DNA of 63,371 nucleotides, filler included, from Reclinomonas americana ATCC 50394 (GCA_048213135.1; 5 parts of 5 records of this genome joined end to end with filler, not necessarily neighbours in it); one strand, 5' to 3'. Positions 22,773-36,154 are shown, counted from the first letter of the whole stretch. The notes: generated by a model from the letters alone, not told the origin. Made by a program: numbers and translations.

Positions 22773-24253
22773 GAGCGAGAGAGAGAGAGAGAGAGACGAG
22801 ACGAGAGAGAGAGAGAGAGAGAGACGACAACGAGCGAGACGTAGTAACGAGTAAGGAAAGAGACGGAGGACGACCGAACCGAGAGAGATGAGTGAGAGGA
22901 GTCAATCGACGACAACGTACGGTACGAACGAANNNNNNNNNNNNNNNNNNNNGACGAGAGAGAGAGAGAGAGACGACGAGAGAGAGAGAGAGAGAGAGAG
23001 AAGCCAACAAGCAGCGTGTAAACGATGGGAAAAGATCGAGGATGCAACCCGAGAGAGAATGAGTGAGGAGCTGTCATCACGCACAACGTGACACGGAAAG
23101 TGTTCGAAAACAACACGAGGGCCCAATCCGAGAGAGAATGAGTGAGGAGCTGTCATCACGCACGACGTGACACGGGAAAGTACACGAAAACAACACGAGG
23201 GCACAATCCGAGAGAGAATGAGTGAGGAGCTGGCAACACGCACAACGTGACACGGGAATACGGACGAAAACGACAAGAGAGCAGATGCCGAGAGAGAATG
23301 AGTGAGGAGCTGGCATCACGCACAAACGTGACACGGGAAATTTACGGAAACAGCACGAGGGCACAATCAGAGAGAGAATGAGTGAGGAGCTGTCATCACG
23401 CACAAGGTGACACGGGAATATGGACGGAAACAGCAGGAGGGCACAATCCGAGAGAGAATGAGTGAGGAGCTGCATCACGCACAAGGTGACACGGGACAAC
23501 ATCCGGAAACAACACGAAGGCAAAGGGCGGAGAGAGAATGAGAGAGGAGCTGGCATCACGCACAAAGTGACATGGGAATATGGACGGAAACAACAAGAGA
23601 GCAAAAAGCCGAGAAGACTCCGCGACGGTGTCCGCGTGACAGTGACAGAAGGACGGGAGAGTAAGAGAGTGTGTGCGAGAGAGATCACAAGCTGCTTGTA
23701 AATGATGCAGAGGCGGGAATGATTGCGTATGTCCAAGCAAGAGGAAGAGTGGGTGAGCAAACGTGAAGACGACTGGCAAGAGGCCGAGAACCACATGACA
23801 ACAAGACAATGCAAAGAAGACAACTCCGCAGTTCTCCTGCAGATGACGCAACAATGCGTGTAGACCAACAACAACGCCGCAGCCGCCTCGCGCGTGCGCT
23901 TATCCCTCAAAAAGCGTGCGAGCAGCGGAACAAACGAGTCGCACGGGAGTCGAGTCACCGCCGACAGAACCTCGTCGCGATCTGAGAATGAAACGTGCGG
24001 AAAAACAAAGAAGAGTGAGAGTGAGTGAGGAAAGGAGGAAGGGAGGAAGTGTGAGGAAGGATGACAGCTTGTAGTGAGCAAAAGAGTGAGGGAGAAGGAG
24101 AGATTGAGAAGGGCAAGTGATTGATTGCAGGAAGAGGCGATTGTGTGAATGAGTGAGTGAGGAAGCGAGGGAGAAGGAATGAGGAAAACAGTGAGGGAAG
24201 GAGGAATAAGGGAGGAAGAGAGTCATGACAGGTAAGAGTGAGCAATGAATGAG

Positions 24254-24286
<33 letters not shown>

Positions 24287-24622
24287 TGAGTGAGCAGAGT
24301 GAGAAAGTGTGAGTGTGAGCGTGTGTGAGTGAGAGAGTGAGAGTCGAGAGTGAGCGTGTTAGTGTGTGTGCGTGTGAGAGAGAGAGAGTGAAGTGAGTGA
24401 GTGAGTGAGTGAGTGAGAGAGAGAGAGAGAGACAACGAGAGACTTAAGTGTCACCTAAGGCGCACAATGTGACGACATAGGCGACACCTAATGAATGACT
24501 GAGTGAGTGTGTGAGACAGACCTTGCATGGCATCACTTAGTGTCTCCAGTGCACTGACGCGTTCTTCGACACTCACGCGACTTGCATCACTCAGGTACTC
24601 GTCTGCCAGACGATTGACAAGC
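20443..24622 (-). CDS. Hypothetical multi-exon protein: helical N-terminal part, possible SPRY-like C-terminus; 5' end lost in gap
   Basis: GC-rich splice-flanked segments: LVNRLADEYLSDAS.., DRDEVLSAVTRLPC.., DGDDDTLLSLLHTAL.., MSWRLRKVPGCNSSMGWGVA.., EIIEVRVEVSREKREATFSRN..VYLAVTM-stop. Exon chain not fully resolved. Confidence 0.45.
23045..23600. repeat. ~80 bp minisatellite, ~7 copies (intronic)
   Basis: Repeated gagagagaatgagtgaggagctgtcatcacgcacaa(c/g)gtgacacggga. Confidence 0.9.
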
Positions 24623-25040
24623 TGTGTGTGTGACAGAGAGTGTGAGTGAGACTTGTCTTTCTTTTCTCTCTGATCTCTTACGTGACCTCTTCCACGCGNN
24701 NNNNNNNNNNNNNNNNNNNNNNNNNNNNNNNNNNNNNNNNNNNNNNNNNNNNNNNNNNNNNNNNNNNNNNNNNNNNNNNNNNNNNNNNNNNNNNNNNNNN
24801 NNNNNNNNNNNNNNNNNNNNNNNNNNNNNNNNNNNNNNNNNNNNNNNNNNNNNNNNNNNNNNNNNNNNNNNNNNNNNNNNNNNNNNNNNNNNNNNNNNNN
24901 NNNNNNNNNNNNNNNNNNNNNNNNNNNNNNNNNNNNNNNNNNNNNNNNNNNNNNNNNNNNNNNNNNNNNNNNNNNNNNNNNNNNNNNNNNNNNNNNNNNN
25001 NNNNNNNNNNNNNNNNNNNNNNNNNNNNNNNNNNNNNNNT

Positions 25041-25486
25041 CACTACCCCGCGACGACAGCAGCAGCGGCCTCTTCAAGAGCGACGACGGCGAACCCCTCG
25101 TCTCCGCCATTGGCGCCGCCGCCACCGCCGCCGCCGCCATGTCCGCCTCGACTTCCTTCAAGAACGGCCCGCCGCCGCCGCTGCCACCGCCACCGACCAA
25201 GCCAGTGATGGGAGGGTACACGCCGGCGCCGTCGGCCGCCGAGCGCGCGTGGGATTTGGCGCATCACGACGGGGGCAGTGAGGCGCTGCCGCCACCCAAG
25301 CGCACCGTGGAGGAGAGCTGGGAGTTGGTCGACGTGCCGGGGGCCGACCACCGCAGCACGACGATGCGTGCCACGCGTGCGACCGCCGCGAGGACGACGG
25401 CGACCACTCACTCCACGTCGTCGTCGGCAGCCTCGGCAGCAGCTGGGGCGTCGACGTTACGCACGCGGTATACTGCTGGGAGCAAG
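25041..25486 (+). CDS. Isolated Pro/Ala/Thr-rich exon of an unknown gene
   Basis: Very GC-rich open frame (PPPPLPPPPTKP..EESWELVDVP..) ending at an aa|gtgagc donor-like site; starts at an N gap. Confidence 0.45.
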
Positions 25487-26161
25487 TGAGCGGTGGCGGT
25501 GGAGGGAGGAGAAGGGATGAGCGGCTGGTTTGTTGAATGAACTGACTCAGTCTCTCCATTGTGGATTACGTATGGCTTGCTCGATGTGTGGGCTGCTTGT
25601 TGAATGGCGAGTTGTCTCGTGAAGTGTGGAGAATGTGATGGCTTTGGATGGCTGTTGACACAGCATTCAGAGTTGTTTGATGTTGCACTTGTGGCAATCT
25701 GCTGACAGGTGGATCGTTTGCTCGGACTGTGCCTCTCGATTATGGAATTGCAAGTTGGTTGTCTCAACTGTGGAGCGACACGGTCTTCCGGCGGGTTGTC
25801 TCGTGAGGAATGTGTCTGCATTGTGCATTATTTTGGCTCTCTGATGTAGGTCAGCGGCTAACTGCTGTGGAGTGTGTTACTTTGGCTTTCTGCCGAGTAG
25901 CACGAAGGAATTCGACTTCGAACAGAATTGCAAGTTGTCTCGCGAACTTCGTGCCTCGTAATGTCTATTGCTACTTCTATGTGATACATGGCGATGACAC
26001 GCTTTCCAGCATACTCCTTCTCCGGTCTTTGCTTGCAAAACGCCCTTCATAATACATGCAACTTCGTGTTGTCCTCTCGCCGAAAATAGTCACTCCGAGT
26101 TTTGTTGCATGTCGACGNNNNNNNNNNNNNNNNNNNNNNNNNNNNNNNNNNNNNNNNNNNN

Positions 26162-26173
26162 TTAATTAATTAA
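26162..26173. other. Artificial contig-joining spacer TTAATTAATTAA
   Basis: Six-frame-stop linker flanked by equal N runs; identical at four sites. Confidence 0.92.
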
Positions 26174-26992
26174 NNNNNNNNNNNNNNNNNNNNNNNNNNN
26201 NNNNNNNNNNNNNNNNNGAGGGAAGCAAGTCAATAGTTTTCTCTTTCTTTCTCCTTGTTGCCCTATGATCCCCTCCTTACTTTGTGTGTCGAGGGAGCAC
26301 AGAAGGATTTCCAAAGTGAGAGATCCACACACACAGAGAGAGAGAGAGAGTCACATCTTCCGTCTTCTCTCGCCCTCTCGTCTTCTTCCTTGTAGTTTCT
26401 TCCAGAACTTGAGGAAGCAGGAGGACGAGTAGTGAGAGAGAGGGGGGCCAGGTATTTTCTTTCTTCTTTTTCCATCGTCGTCTCTCTGTCCCTGTTGCCC
26501 TTCCATCCCTTGCATCGTGAATTTGAGAGAGCAGCAAGACAAGCTTCGCCTTCCCCTCGCTCTCTCGCCATTCCATCTTCTCGTTGTTTTGAAAACTTGG
26601 AAGTGCTGAGTTCTTAGNNNNNNNNNNNNNNNNNNNNNNNNTCTCTCTCTCTCTCTGATTTCTTGCCTGTGCTCCCTCAGTACGCGAAGTAAGCGGGCGA
26701 TAGAGTGCACGGAGAGAGAGAATGACAACAAGAAAAACTGTTGGCTTCCCTCTCTCAACTGGCCCTCTACTCTCATTCACACGCAGACTCAAATGCTCGA
26801 AGCAACGAGGCGACAGGGGAGAGAGAAGAGAAAGCTCTCGACCGTGTGCCTGTTAGAAAAGGAGACCTCGCCCGTGCTGCCATGCCGAATGAATCAAGAG
26901 GAGACAGAGCACGAAGGAGAAGTTTAGCTCTCTCCCCTCTTGCATTCCCCTCCCCTCCCCCCCTTCCCCTCCACCTTTCCCCCTTCACGCAC

Positions 26993-27591
26993 CATGTACA
27001 ACACCGCCCACCCAATCGACCGGGTCGCTCCACACGCCTTGAAATCGGCCTCCCACGCCGCCACCGACCCAAACTGCGCCTCAATCATGTGCGCCACGTC
27101 GGCCGACATGGCCTGCCCGCCCGGCACCAGATTCTCAAAGAACAACTCGTGCAGCACCACTCCATTGTACTCAAAGCCGAAGCGACGACGGCGATCCGCC
27201 ACCACCGGTCCGCTCGCACCCGCCGCACGCCCCTCCTCCAGCTCCTTGCGCAGAGCGTTCAGGTTGGCCACTGTTATGATGATGAATACAGGATGGCGCG
27301 AAAAACAATGTGCGGAGTGGCGATTCCGAACCGTAGCCCTTGTACAGCGCAAAGTGCTGCTCGCACAGATCCTACATTGTGCCAAAAATGAGGAGGAGGA
27401 ATGCACAGAAAGGCATGCACACTGATCATGGCATTTACCTTGGAGATGCCGACCAGTCCGGTTCTTCGGAGTTTTTTTCATCGGAGTGAGCTCAACGTGT
27501 GAGGATATCGCCCGAGAGAAAGGAGAGGAGGACGGAAAGCGTACCCAGCGTTGATCTTCTCCAGAAGAGCGGTCTTGACTTCGTAGGCGGC
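26993..27591 (-). CDS. Fe/Mn superoxide dismutase (partial; C-terminal exons not found)
   Basis: Spliced reading AAYEVKTALLEKINAG-TGLVGISK-DLCEQHFALYKGY-VANLNAL..RRFGFEYNGVVLHELFFENL..IEAQFGSVAAWEADFKA..IGWAVLY. Contains the first two metal-ligand His motifs. Confidence 0.85.
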
Positions 27592-27929
27592 CTGTTGTGA
27601 GAGAAGGGAAGAGTGAGAGATCCGACATGTCTTCTTGCGTGTGCGAGTGTGTTGCGATGTGCAGCGTGTGTGCGTGTGTGCGATGGAGAGGAGCAGTGAG
27701 AGGAGGAGCAGGGCGCGTGCGTGCGTCTGGGCATGGTGACGTGTGTGTGACATTGCACTCGTGTTTTTCTCGGGCCACTCTCTCACTGTCGCTCTATCGC
27801 TCACACGCTGCTATGCCCGCATACGCACCATGATAACAAGCGGACGAGTGAGTGAGTGTGTTTGCGTGCGAGAGACACAAGAGATAACGAGTTGTCTGAT
27901 TTCCACGGGCCAATCGGGTGAACGGATTA

Positions 27930-28460
27930 TCAGAGGTGATCTCGCGTGCTGTGGCTGATTTTGCGAAGTGCGCTAGCAAGGGTAGCGTGTGCGTAAGAGA
28001 GTGCAAGTGAGAAATGCGCACGTGGAGGTCAGGAAGTCTCGTTTGCTATTCCACAAGTCGGTTGAGTGGACGGAATGCATTCGGTGATCACGTGTGCTGC
28101 GGCTGGTTCTGCATAGCGCAATCACTACAGCAGTGAGTGGCTAAGAAAGTGCAAGCCAGAGATGCGCACGAGGAGGTCAGAGAGTCTTGTTTGCGAATCC
28201 ACAAGTCGGTTGAATGAATGGATCGTTTGTGCTGTTCGCGTGTGCTGTGGCTGACTTTGCGTGTCGCACTCACAAGGGTAGCAAGTGGCCAAGAGCCTCC
28301 CTGCAAGAGATGCAAGCGAAAAAAGTCAGTGAGTCTTGTACACAAGTCCACAAGTCGGTTGAATGAATGGATCGTTTGAGGTGATCTCGTGCGCTGCGGG
28401 GGATTCTTCGAGGTGCACTCACAAGGGCCGTGTGCGGGTGAAAGAGTGCAAGCGAGAATC
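27930..28460. repeat. Degenerate ~150 bp direct repeats upstream of SOD
   Basis: ccacaagtcggttga(a/g)tg occurs three times, and gtgatctcgcgtgctgtggctg-like blocks recur. Confidence 0.6.
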
Positions 28461-28720
28461 GCAGTGACTTGCGCTTTGTTTTCTCTCTTTATTGTGTTAT
28501 TGTNNNNNNNNNNNNNNNNNNNNNNNNNNNNNNNNNNNNNNNNNNNNNNNNNNNNNNNNNNNNNNNNNNNNNNNNNNNNNNNNNNNNNNNNNNNNNNNNN
28601 NNNNNNNNNNNNNNNNNNNNNNNNNNNNNNNNNNNNNNNNNNNNNNNNNNNNNNNNNNNNNNNNNNNNNNNNNNNNNNNNNNNNNNNNNNNNNNNNNNNN
28701 NNNNNGAGGAGGAGGAAGAG

Positions 28721-28788
<68 letters not shown>

Positions 28789-30093
28789 TATGTGTACGTG
28801 AGAGTGAGAGGAGAGGAGGAACATCGTTGCAGTTGCATAGGCGAGGAGCAAAGAGGCGCTCTCTCACTCTCTTCATTTGTCTCTGAGTTTGCTTTGCGGA
28901 GGCCACAGCAAGAGAGAGAGAGAGAGTGAGGAGAGATGCACGCACACTCGCAGACAGAGAGAGAGAGAGAGAGAGATGAATGACGCCTGCAGAGAGCAAA
29001 GAGGCATTGTTTTCCTTCCTTTGACTCAATCTCACTCTGAGCTTGTGTAGAGGTTTGATCAAGAGAGAGAGAGAGAAAGCGTGTGAATGAGAGGAAGAGC
29101 GTGTTTGCTGTTGCAAAGCCGGACAGCAACGGGAGGCTTTCTCACTCTTACTATCGTTCTCTTCTTTTCACTCTCTCAAGTGAGATTGCACAATGGGTGT
29201 GTGTGAGAGAGAGGGAGAGGGAGACACAGGTACACAGAGAGGGAGGCACAGTCCCTCTGTCTGCATNNNNNNNNNNNNNNNNNNNNNNNNNNNNNNNNNN
29301 NNNNNNNNNNNNNNNNNNNNNNNNNNNNNNNNNNNNNNNNNNNNNNNNNNNNNNNNNNNNNNNNNNNNNNNNNNNNNNNNNNNNNNNNNNNNNNNNNNNN
29401 NNNNNNNNNNNNNNNNCTGGAAAGCGTTCTTCAACGGTCTCATGGCTTCGTCTCGCAGTTGCAGCGAGAGACTGAGAATCGCCGTCCTTTTCTCCTTGCA
29501 CTCACCTACATTCCTTTCCGTTCCCTCTCTTTCTCTCTCGCTCAAGTCTCTACTCTCTCGAAACGCACAATTACTGTCTCAATATCTTCCATTCCGTGGA
29601 AGTTGAGTCGCACTTTGCCTCTCTCTGTCTCTCCGTTCCTACGAGTTGCTCATTGGAAGCAACAATACTTCCACGTTCTGCAATTGCAAGTTGTATCTCT
29701 CTCTTTTCTTCTCTCTCTCTCTCTCTCTTTCTTTTCTTTCTATACTTTCTCTTTCTTTACTTATATCTCTGTTTCTTTCTCTGAGTTGCACAACGGAGGT
29801 CACTTGGAGAGAGATAGAGAGAGAGAAAGATAGATAGGAGAGAGAGAGAGGCGAATTGCCACTTCTCTGCATCCTTTTGATTAGCACTCTGGAAGTCGTT
29901 CCTTATGACAGCGGCGAGTCTCCATCCTCTCTCTGCCCTCCTACTTTATCTGTTCGTCAGAGTTGCATATCGGAGGCGACGTCTTGTCTCTGTTCCTTTC
30001 CCCCTCCCCCCGTCCCCTTTCCCTTTACCATCCCCTTTCCCTTTACCATCCCTTCCCCTACTCTTCCCTCACACCCCCCTTCCCCTTTGCACA

Positions 30094-31677
30094 GGCCTGG
30101 AGCGCCTTCCACAAATGGAAGACCGCCGAGGAAAAAGAAATCGAAGACGAGGCCGAGTTCAAGCAATCGCTGTGCGACAAGTTCCGCATGGAGCCCAAGA
30201 TGCTGAACTGCTTGCTCACGCTGGGAGTTGCGCAAAACCCCCCTTCCTCCTTACCTTCTTTCTCTCACCCTTTGCCTTCGACNNNNNNNNNNNNNNNNNN
30301 NNAGATCTACGCCGGCGAGGAGGACGAAAAGCAGGAGCGCCACGGCTTTGGCAAGTCCATCTACCCGAACCAGGACACGTTTGTCGGCGACTTTGTGCAC
30401 GGCAAGCGACACGGACGCGGCACGTACTTTAAGCGCTCGGTGCCGGCCACCAAGCTTGACGCCAAGGTGCTGAAGGCCATTGCCGAGTGGCGCAAGTACT
30501 CGGCGGCGCAGGCGGAGCGCGGGGAGGCGGTGGAGACGGTGGAGGCGTTTGTGGGACGGCTGGCGGACAAGCACTGTGTGATTCGCATTCATCCGACGCG
30601 CACGCAGCAGCTGCTGCGGTTTGGGCATGGGCATCCGTTCTTTGAGGGGGAGTTTGAGGCGGACAAGAAGGCCGGGTTCTGCACTGTGCGATATGATGAT
30701 GGGAGTGTTTATATTGGGGGGCATCATGAGTTGCGTCNNNNNNNNNNNNNNNNNNNNAAGAGAGGGAAAGGAGATATAGGGGATAAAGGGAAAGGGTGGA
30801 GGGGGAAGGGGGATAAAGGGGGAAGGAGATATGGGGGGAGGGGGGAGAGGGGGAAGAGGGAAAGGGGATATGTGATTAGTGATTGAGTGGGGAGGTCAGC
30901 AAGCGAATATGTGTGTGTGTGCGTGTGTGTTTAGCGATTGAGTTAGTGTTGGTGATTGTGGAGTGAGAGGATGAGAGACATGGAGTGCGTGCGGTGGAGA
31001 GCGTTGAATGGGCAAGCGATCATTGCAGTGGAATGAGAGTGATGGGATGAGCAGGGGATTAGGACAGCACTGTGGAAAAGATTGAGAGACTTTCTTGATT
31101 TAGGTTGTTGTGTCTCAATCATTCACTGAGTATTTTGTGTGGACTGTGCGGTAGAATTGAAGTGAGATGCTGTCTCTCTGTGTCTCTTGCAGTCCTTTCT
31201 TCGTTATCTCTGTCACTCACTAGTGTTCTTTGTTTGTCATTGAATCGAAATGAGAAGATACGTTCTCTTTCTCTCTTCTCTCACTCAATGCAGCTGCCTG
31301 CTGTTGAGTGTCTGATCGAGTGAAGCAGACTCTCTCTGTGTCTTTCTCTCATTCTCACTAATTTCTCTCTCTCGCTTTCTTTGTTTTCTCTCTCACTCAA
31401 TGAGAGTTCTTTGTTTGTAACTGAATCGAAATGAGAAGTTACATTCTCTCATTCTCTCTCGTTCTCTCTCTCTCTCTCCTTGCGCGTTTGTTTCTCTGTC
31501 TTCTTCAATCTCTCTTCTCTCACTTTCTGCAGCTGCCTGCTGTTGTGTATCGATCCTAGCAAGGCAGGTAATCTCTCTATGTGCGTCTCTTTCCATCTTC
31601 TCTTCCCTCTGTCTCTCTCAATCCTTTCTTTGTTTCTCCTCTATTTCTATTATCTTTCTTTGTTGTGTGTGTGTGCG

Positions 31678-31708
<31 letters not shown>

Positions 31709-33118
31709 CTCTCTCTCTCTCTCTCACACTAGGTATAAGCAGATTGTCTCTCCTTTCCCTCACGAACTGTATCCACCGTTGTCTTAGGAATCGTTTCTCT
31801 GTCACTCAGTGTTCTATGTGACTGTGTGATTGAATCGAAATGAGAAGATCTCTGTGACACTGTTGCTTCGTTCTCTCATTCGCTCTCGTCTCTCTCTCTC
31901 TCTCGCTCGCTTCATACTTTTGTTCTCTGTCTCGTTGTTCTCTCTTTCTTCTCCGTCATTTTTCTTTCTCTCACTCAATGCTGGTGCCTTGCGCTTGTCA
32001 AAGTGAGACTGATGCCCCTCGTTCTGTCACTCTCACATCGACCAGCTGCATTGAGAGAAAACACAGAAATAGAAAGAGCAAACAAAGAGAACGAGATCGA
32101 AGAGAGAGTAGACAAAGAAAAGAAGTGTGTGTGATGGTGAAAGAGACAAATTCTCACTCTGTCTCTTGTCGTCTCTCTGTGTCTTCCTCACCCTCTCTCG
32201 CATTTCTTTTTTTCTATTCCTCTCTCACTTCTGTCAATGCAACTACTTTGCGTTTGTGTATCTGAGTCCAAGTGGAGCAGGCTCTCTCTCACTCTCTCTA
32301 TTTCACACACGCACACTGTTGTGTTCCCGCCTTTCCCAGTCGCGTCTCTGCCACAATTCTCCCCATCACAAGATCTTTCTTGTTTCTCTCTCAGCGCCCC
32401 TTTTCGCATATTCAGCTTCCTTTTTATCCCTCGTTGTCACCCCAGTCATTTCATCTGCTCAGCCATTGTCCTTTTCCTTGCCTTTCCCCTTTCCCTGCTC
32501 TCACCCCTTTCTCCCTTTCCTTCCCCCATTCCCTCTCTTCCCCCTTTCCCCTTTCCCTTACCCTTCCCCCTTCCCCCTTCCCCTTCTCCTTGCACAGCGA
32601 CCTTCGCCACGGCGAAGGCGTCTTCATCTACCCGAACAGCGACGAGTACCGCGGCGGCTGGCAGCAAGGACTCAAGCACGGCGAGGGCGTGTACACCTTC
32701 TTCGGNNNNNNNNNNNNNNNNNNNNNNNNNNNNNNNNNNNNNNNNNNNNNNNNNNNNNNNNNNNNNNNNNNNNNNNNNNNNNNNNNNNNNNNNNNNNNNN
32801 NNNCCAGGACTGCGCCTACGAGGGCGTGTGGGAGGCGGGCGTGCTGAAGAACGGCAGGTGGCTGTTTTGCGACGGCGTAGCGTACGTCGGCGGCTTCCAC
32901 GACATTACCCCCGTGCCAAAGCAGGCCGGGGGTGGCGGTGGTGCTGGCGGCGAGGAGGAGGAGCCGCCGGCCGACGACGGGGAGCCACCAGCGCCCGTCA
33001 CGGTGCGCAAGACGTATCCGTGTGGCAAGAGCAAGTTTGTGTTCCCGCACTTGGCGTTTGAGGCCGAGGGCACGTATGATGAGAAGCACGAGTGGAATCC
33101 GGCGGCGGCGGCGGTGTG
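30094..33118 (+). CDS. MORN-repeat protein, radial spoke head RSP1/RSPH1-like (5' partial, gaps)
   Basis: MORN repeats YAGEE..RHGFGKSIYPNQDTFVGDFVHGKRHGRGTY, RHGEGVFIYPNSDEYRGGWQQGLKHGEGVY, YEGVWEAG..GRW..YVGGF; acidic tail; stop at 33118. Confidence 0.75.
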
Positions 33119-33389
33119 ATGCGGGAGGGGGAAGGAAGGAGGGAGCGGGGAGGGGAAGGAAGGGATGATTTTCGGGAAATGTAACACAAAGGACAAAACA
33201 TGTAGCGGTGGGGCAGAAAAGGGAAGGGGAAGGGGGAAGGGTGGGAATGGGNNNNNNNNNNNNNNNNNNNNAGAAAAAGAGAGAGGGAAAGAAACGGAGA
33301 CCAGCTGGCGTGATCACGTGATGCTCTTCTGTGTTGTTCTTAGGTCCTGCTCTCCTCTCATATTCTGCGTGCTGTTTCGTATGTGTGAT

Positions 33390-33890
33390 GTTTTCTGTGA
33401 TGGTGCGCACCAGATCTCTTCCCGCTATGTTGTCTCCTTGTAGTATGTGTGGTCTCTTCTGTGATGGTGTGCACCAGATCTCTTCCCGCTATGTTGTCTC
33501 CTTGTAGTATCTGTGATCTCTTCTGTGATGGTGCGCACGAGATCTCTTCCCGCTATGTTGTCTCCTTGTAGTAGTATATGTGATCTCTTCTGTGATGGTG
33601 TGCACCAGATCTCTTCCCGCTATGTTGTCTCCTTGTAGTAGTATGTGTGATCTCTTCTGTGATGGTGTGCACGAGATCTCTTCCCGCTATGTTGTCTCCT
33701 TGTAGTAGTATATGTGATCTCTTCTGTGATGGTGTGCACGAGATCTCTTCCCGCTATGTTGTCTCCTTGTAGTAGTATATGTGATCTCTTCTGTGATGGT
33801 GCGCACCAGATCTCTTCCCGCTATGTTGTCTCCTTGTAGTAGTATATGTGATCTCTTCTGTGATGGTGTGCACCAGATCTCTTCCCGCTC
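33390..33890. repeat. ~60-65 bp minisatellite, 8 copies
   Basis: Near-identical tctgtgatggtgtgcaccagatctcttcccgctatgttgtctccttgtagta units with no unique spacers. Confidence 0.93.
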
Positions 33891-34519
33891 ATTTCTCACT
33901 CTTCCTTGTCGTTTCGATAACTGCCGCCCCCGCCTGTTGTTCTGCGCTCTCTTCTCAATATCTGCTAGATGTTTTGCGTGTTGCTCCGTTTGTAGCAGGT
34001 TTGGTGTCTACTTCGCTGTTTGCTTCATGGTCATTCTCTCCATAGTTTCGTGTGTCGCCTTGTTGCAGTAGGTGTGACGGGGACCGTTCAGTGGCGTGTA
34101 CACAAGAGAGATGCATGGATATACTGAGCAATGGAGTGAGGAGACGTGACGCCATTGGTGAAGGGTAAGCCTCATTGGCGATCTCCACGAAGGCGGTGCT
34201 GTACAGAGAGGAGTCGTCTCCTGTGGATGACAGTGAGCAGGCGCAAGGGAAGAGAAAGGAACAGGCTTTGACAGACCTTACAACAGCCACAGGACTGCGG
34301 AGAAAAGGGGAGGAAGGGTGTGAGCGATTTCAGAATGGCAGAATAGGACAAGGCAAGAGACGTAACTCGGAGGATGTGTCGTGATGCTCTGGCGCGTTGT
34401 CGCCACTGTGAACGAACGCAGGGAGTGAGCAGCAGGGAATGCACCAAGCAAGGGTGGAGAGACACAAGAGTTTGAGGAGAACACATAGGCAGACACAAAT
34501 CAGAAGAGTGATGAGGCCA

Positions 34520-35130
34520 CATAGTTGAGAGTCTACGATGCCTGTGTATGCTGCGAGTCACAACTGCAAGAGAAAATAGATGGGTAAACGTGTGTCTGCG
34601 TTGCCTGTGTGTGCTGAGAGTCAGAGCTCCAAAAAGACAGAAAGATGGGTACAAGAGTGTGTCTGCGTTGACTGTGTACGTATGCGTGTCTGCGTTGCCT
34701 GAGTGAACGCTGAGAATCACAAATGCAATAGACAGAAAGCTGCGTACAGGTGCGTGTCTGCGTTGTCTGTGCGTCTGCGTGTCACAACTGCAAAGACAGA
34801 AAGATGGGTACTTGTGTGCGTCTGCTTTGCCTGAGTGAACGCTAAGAATCACAAATCCAAAAGACAGAAAGCTAGGAACAGGTGTGTGTCTGTGCTGAGA
34901 GTCAAAGCTGCATAAGGACAAGAAGATGGACTTCTGTGTGTCTGCGTGGCCTGTGTGCATGTGGAGAATCACAGCTACAAAAGACAAAAGACGGGTACTT
35001 GTGCTTGTGTATGCTGAGAGAAACTGCAAAAAGATAGAAAGCGGGGTACTTGAGCGAGTCTGCATCGCCTGTGTGCATGATGAGAATCACAACTGCGAAA
35101 GACAGAAAGATGGGCACTTGTGTGTGCCTG
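34520..35130. repeat. Degenerate intronic repeats
   Basis: Recurring gagaatcacaactgc..aagacagaaagatgggtac..tgtgtctgcgttgcctg blocks. Confidence 0.6.
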
Positions 35131-35277
35131 TTCGCATGCGCAAACGGAGGGGCAGACAGAGACATTCAAGAACAGGAGGAACATGAATGAAGGGAGACAT
35201 ACGCATGCACACACATACAGAGAGAGAGAGAGCGAGAGAGAGATAGAGAGCAATCAGACGAGCATCATGAACTCACG

Positions 35278-36106
35278 ATGCTGAGGGCGCGACCTCCGCG
35301 GCAGGTGCATATCTGCATACAGGAAAGTGAGTACAAGAGCAGCTTGTAAAACAATGCGGGAAACGGTACGCACTCGGGAGTATCAGGCTTCCAGTCAGGT
35401 GGAGCACGAATCGGGATGGCAAGTGGGGCGTCCTCTCTGCGACACACATTGAGCGGCAGTACAACTCTCCAGTTAAGCGATGGTGATTGCGTACCCTGCA
35501 GCCGGTGGTTGCGCTGGAGTGGGTGCACTCGGGTTCACGTGGCCCTTTTCAGCGTCCGTACTGTGCCTTTTGACAAACAACAGTGAACAGCTGCAACGCA
35601 GTGATGTAATGATTGTGGCGACACGCAACTCTTCCGTGTCCGGCTTCCAGTCCGGAGGGGCGCGGATGGGAGGCGGCAGTGGCTTGTCGTGGCTGCGGCT
35701 AGTCATGAGAATACAGTGAATCAATCAAGCAACCAACATTCACAAACCCAGAAGACGGTGGCGCAGGAGTCGTCGGACTGCGGAGGATGGGTGAGCACAC
35801 CAATCAACTGCGTTGACACAAACGAATGACTGAACTCGGCAGGATCTGGCTTCCAGTCCGGAGGGGCGCGGATGGGAGGTGGCAGAGGCTTGTCATGTCT
35901 GTTGAAACAAATTAGAATGCAAAGATTCAGTTGAATCCACAACACATGAACAAACCCAGAAGCCGGTGGCGCAGGAGATGAGGGACTGTGAAAGACAGAT
36001 GAGCACACCGATCCATTGCGTTCACACAGACGAGTGACTCAACTCGGTGGGATCCGGCTTCGAGTCCGGAGGGGCGCGGATGGGAGGCGGCAGTGGCTTG
36101 TCGTGG
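35278..36106 (-). CDS. Proline-rich protein built from duplicated small exons (partial)
   Basis: Four 63-nt exons (HDKPLPPPIRAPPD[S/W]KPD x3, EDAPLAIPIRAPPDWKPD) alternate with short Pro-rich exons. All are GT-AG and phase 2. Probably continues to exons near 34410-34150. Confidence 0.7.
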
Positions 36107-36154
36107 CTGCNNNNNNNNNNNNNNNNNNNNNNNNNNNNNNNNNNNNNNNNNNNN

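Noticed and set aside
25310..25335. EESWELV resembling an Atg8-interacting (LIR/AIM) motif
   Set aside because: Short motif in an unanchored exon fragment; too likely by chance.
33390..33890. Regular repeat array resembling CRISPR (also 23045-23600)
   Set aside because: Units are contiguous with no unique spacers, there are no cas genes, and the context is eukaryotic: minisatellites.
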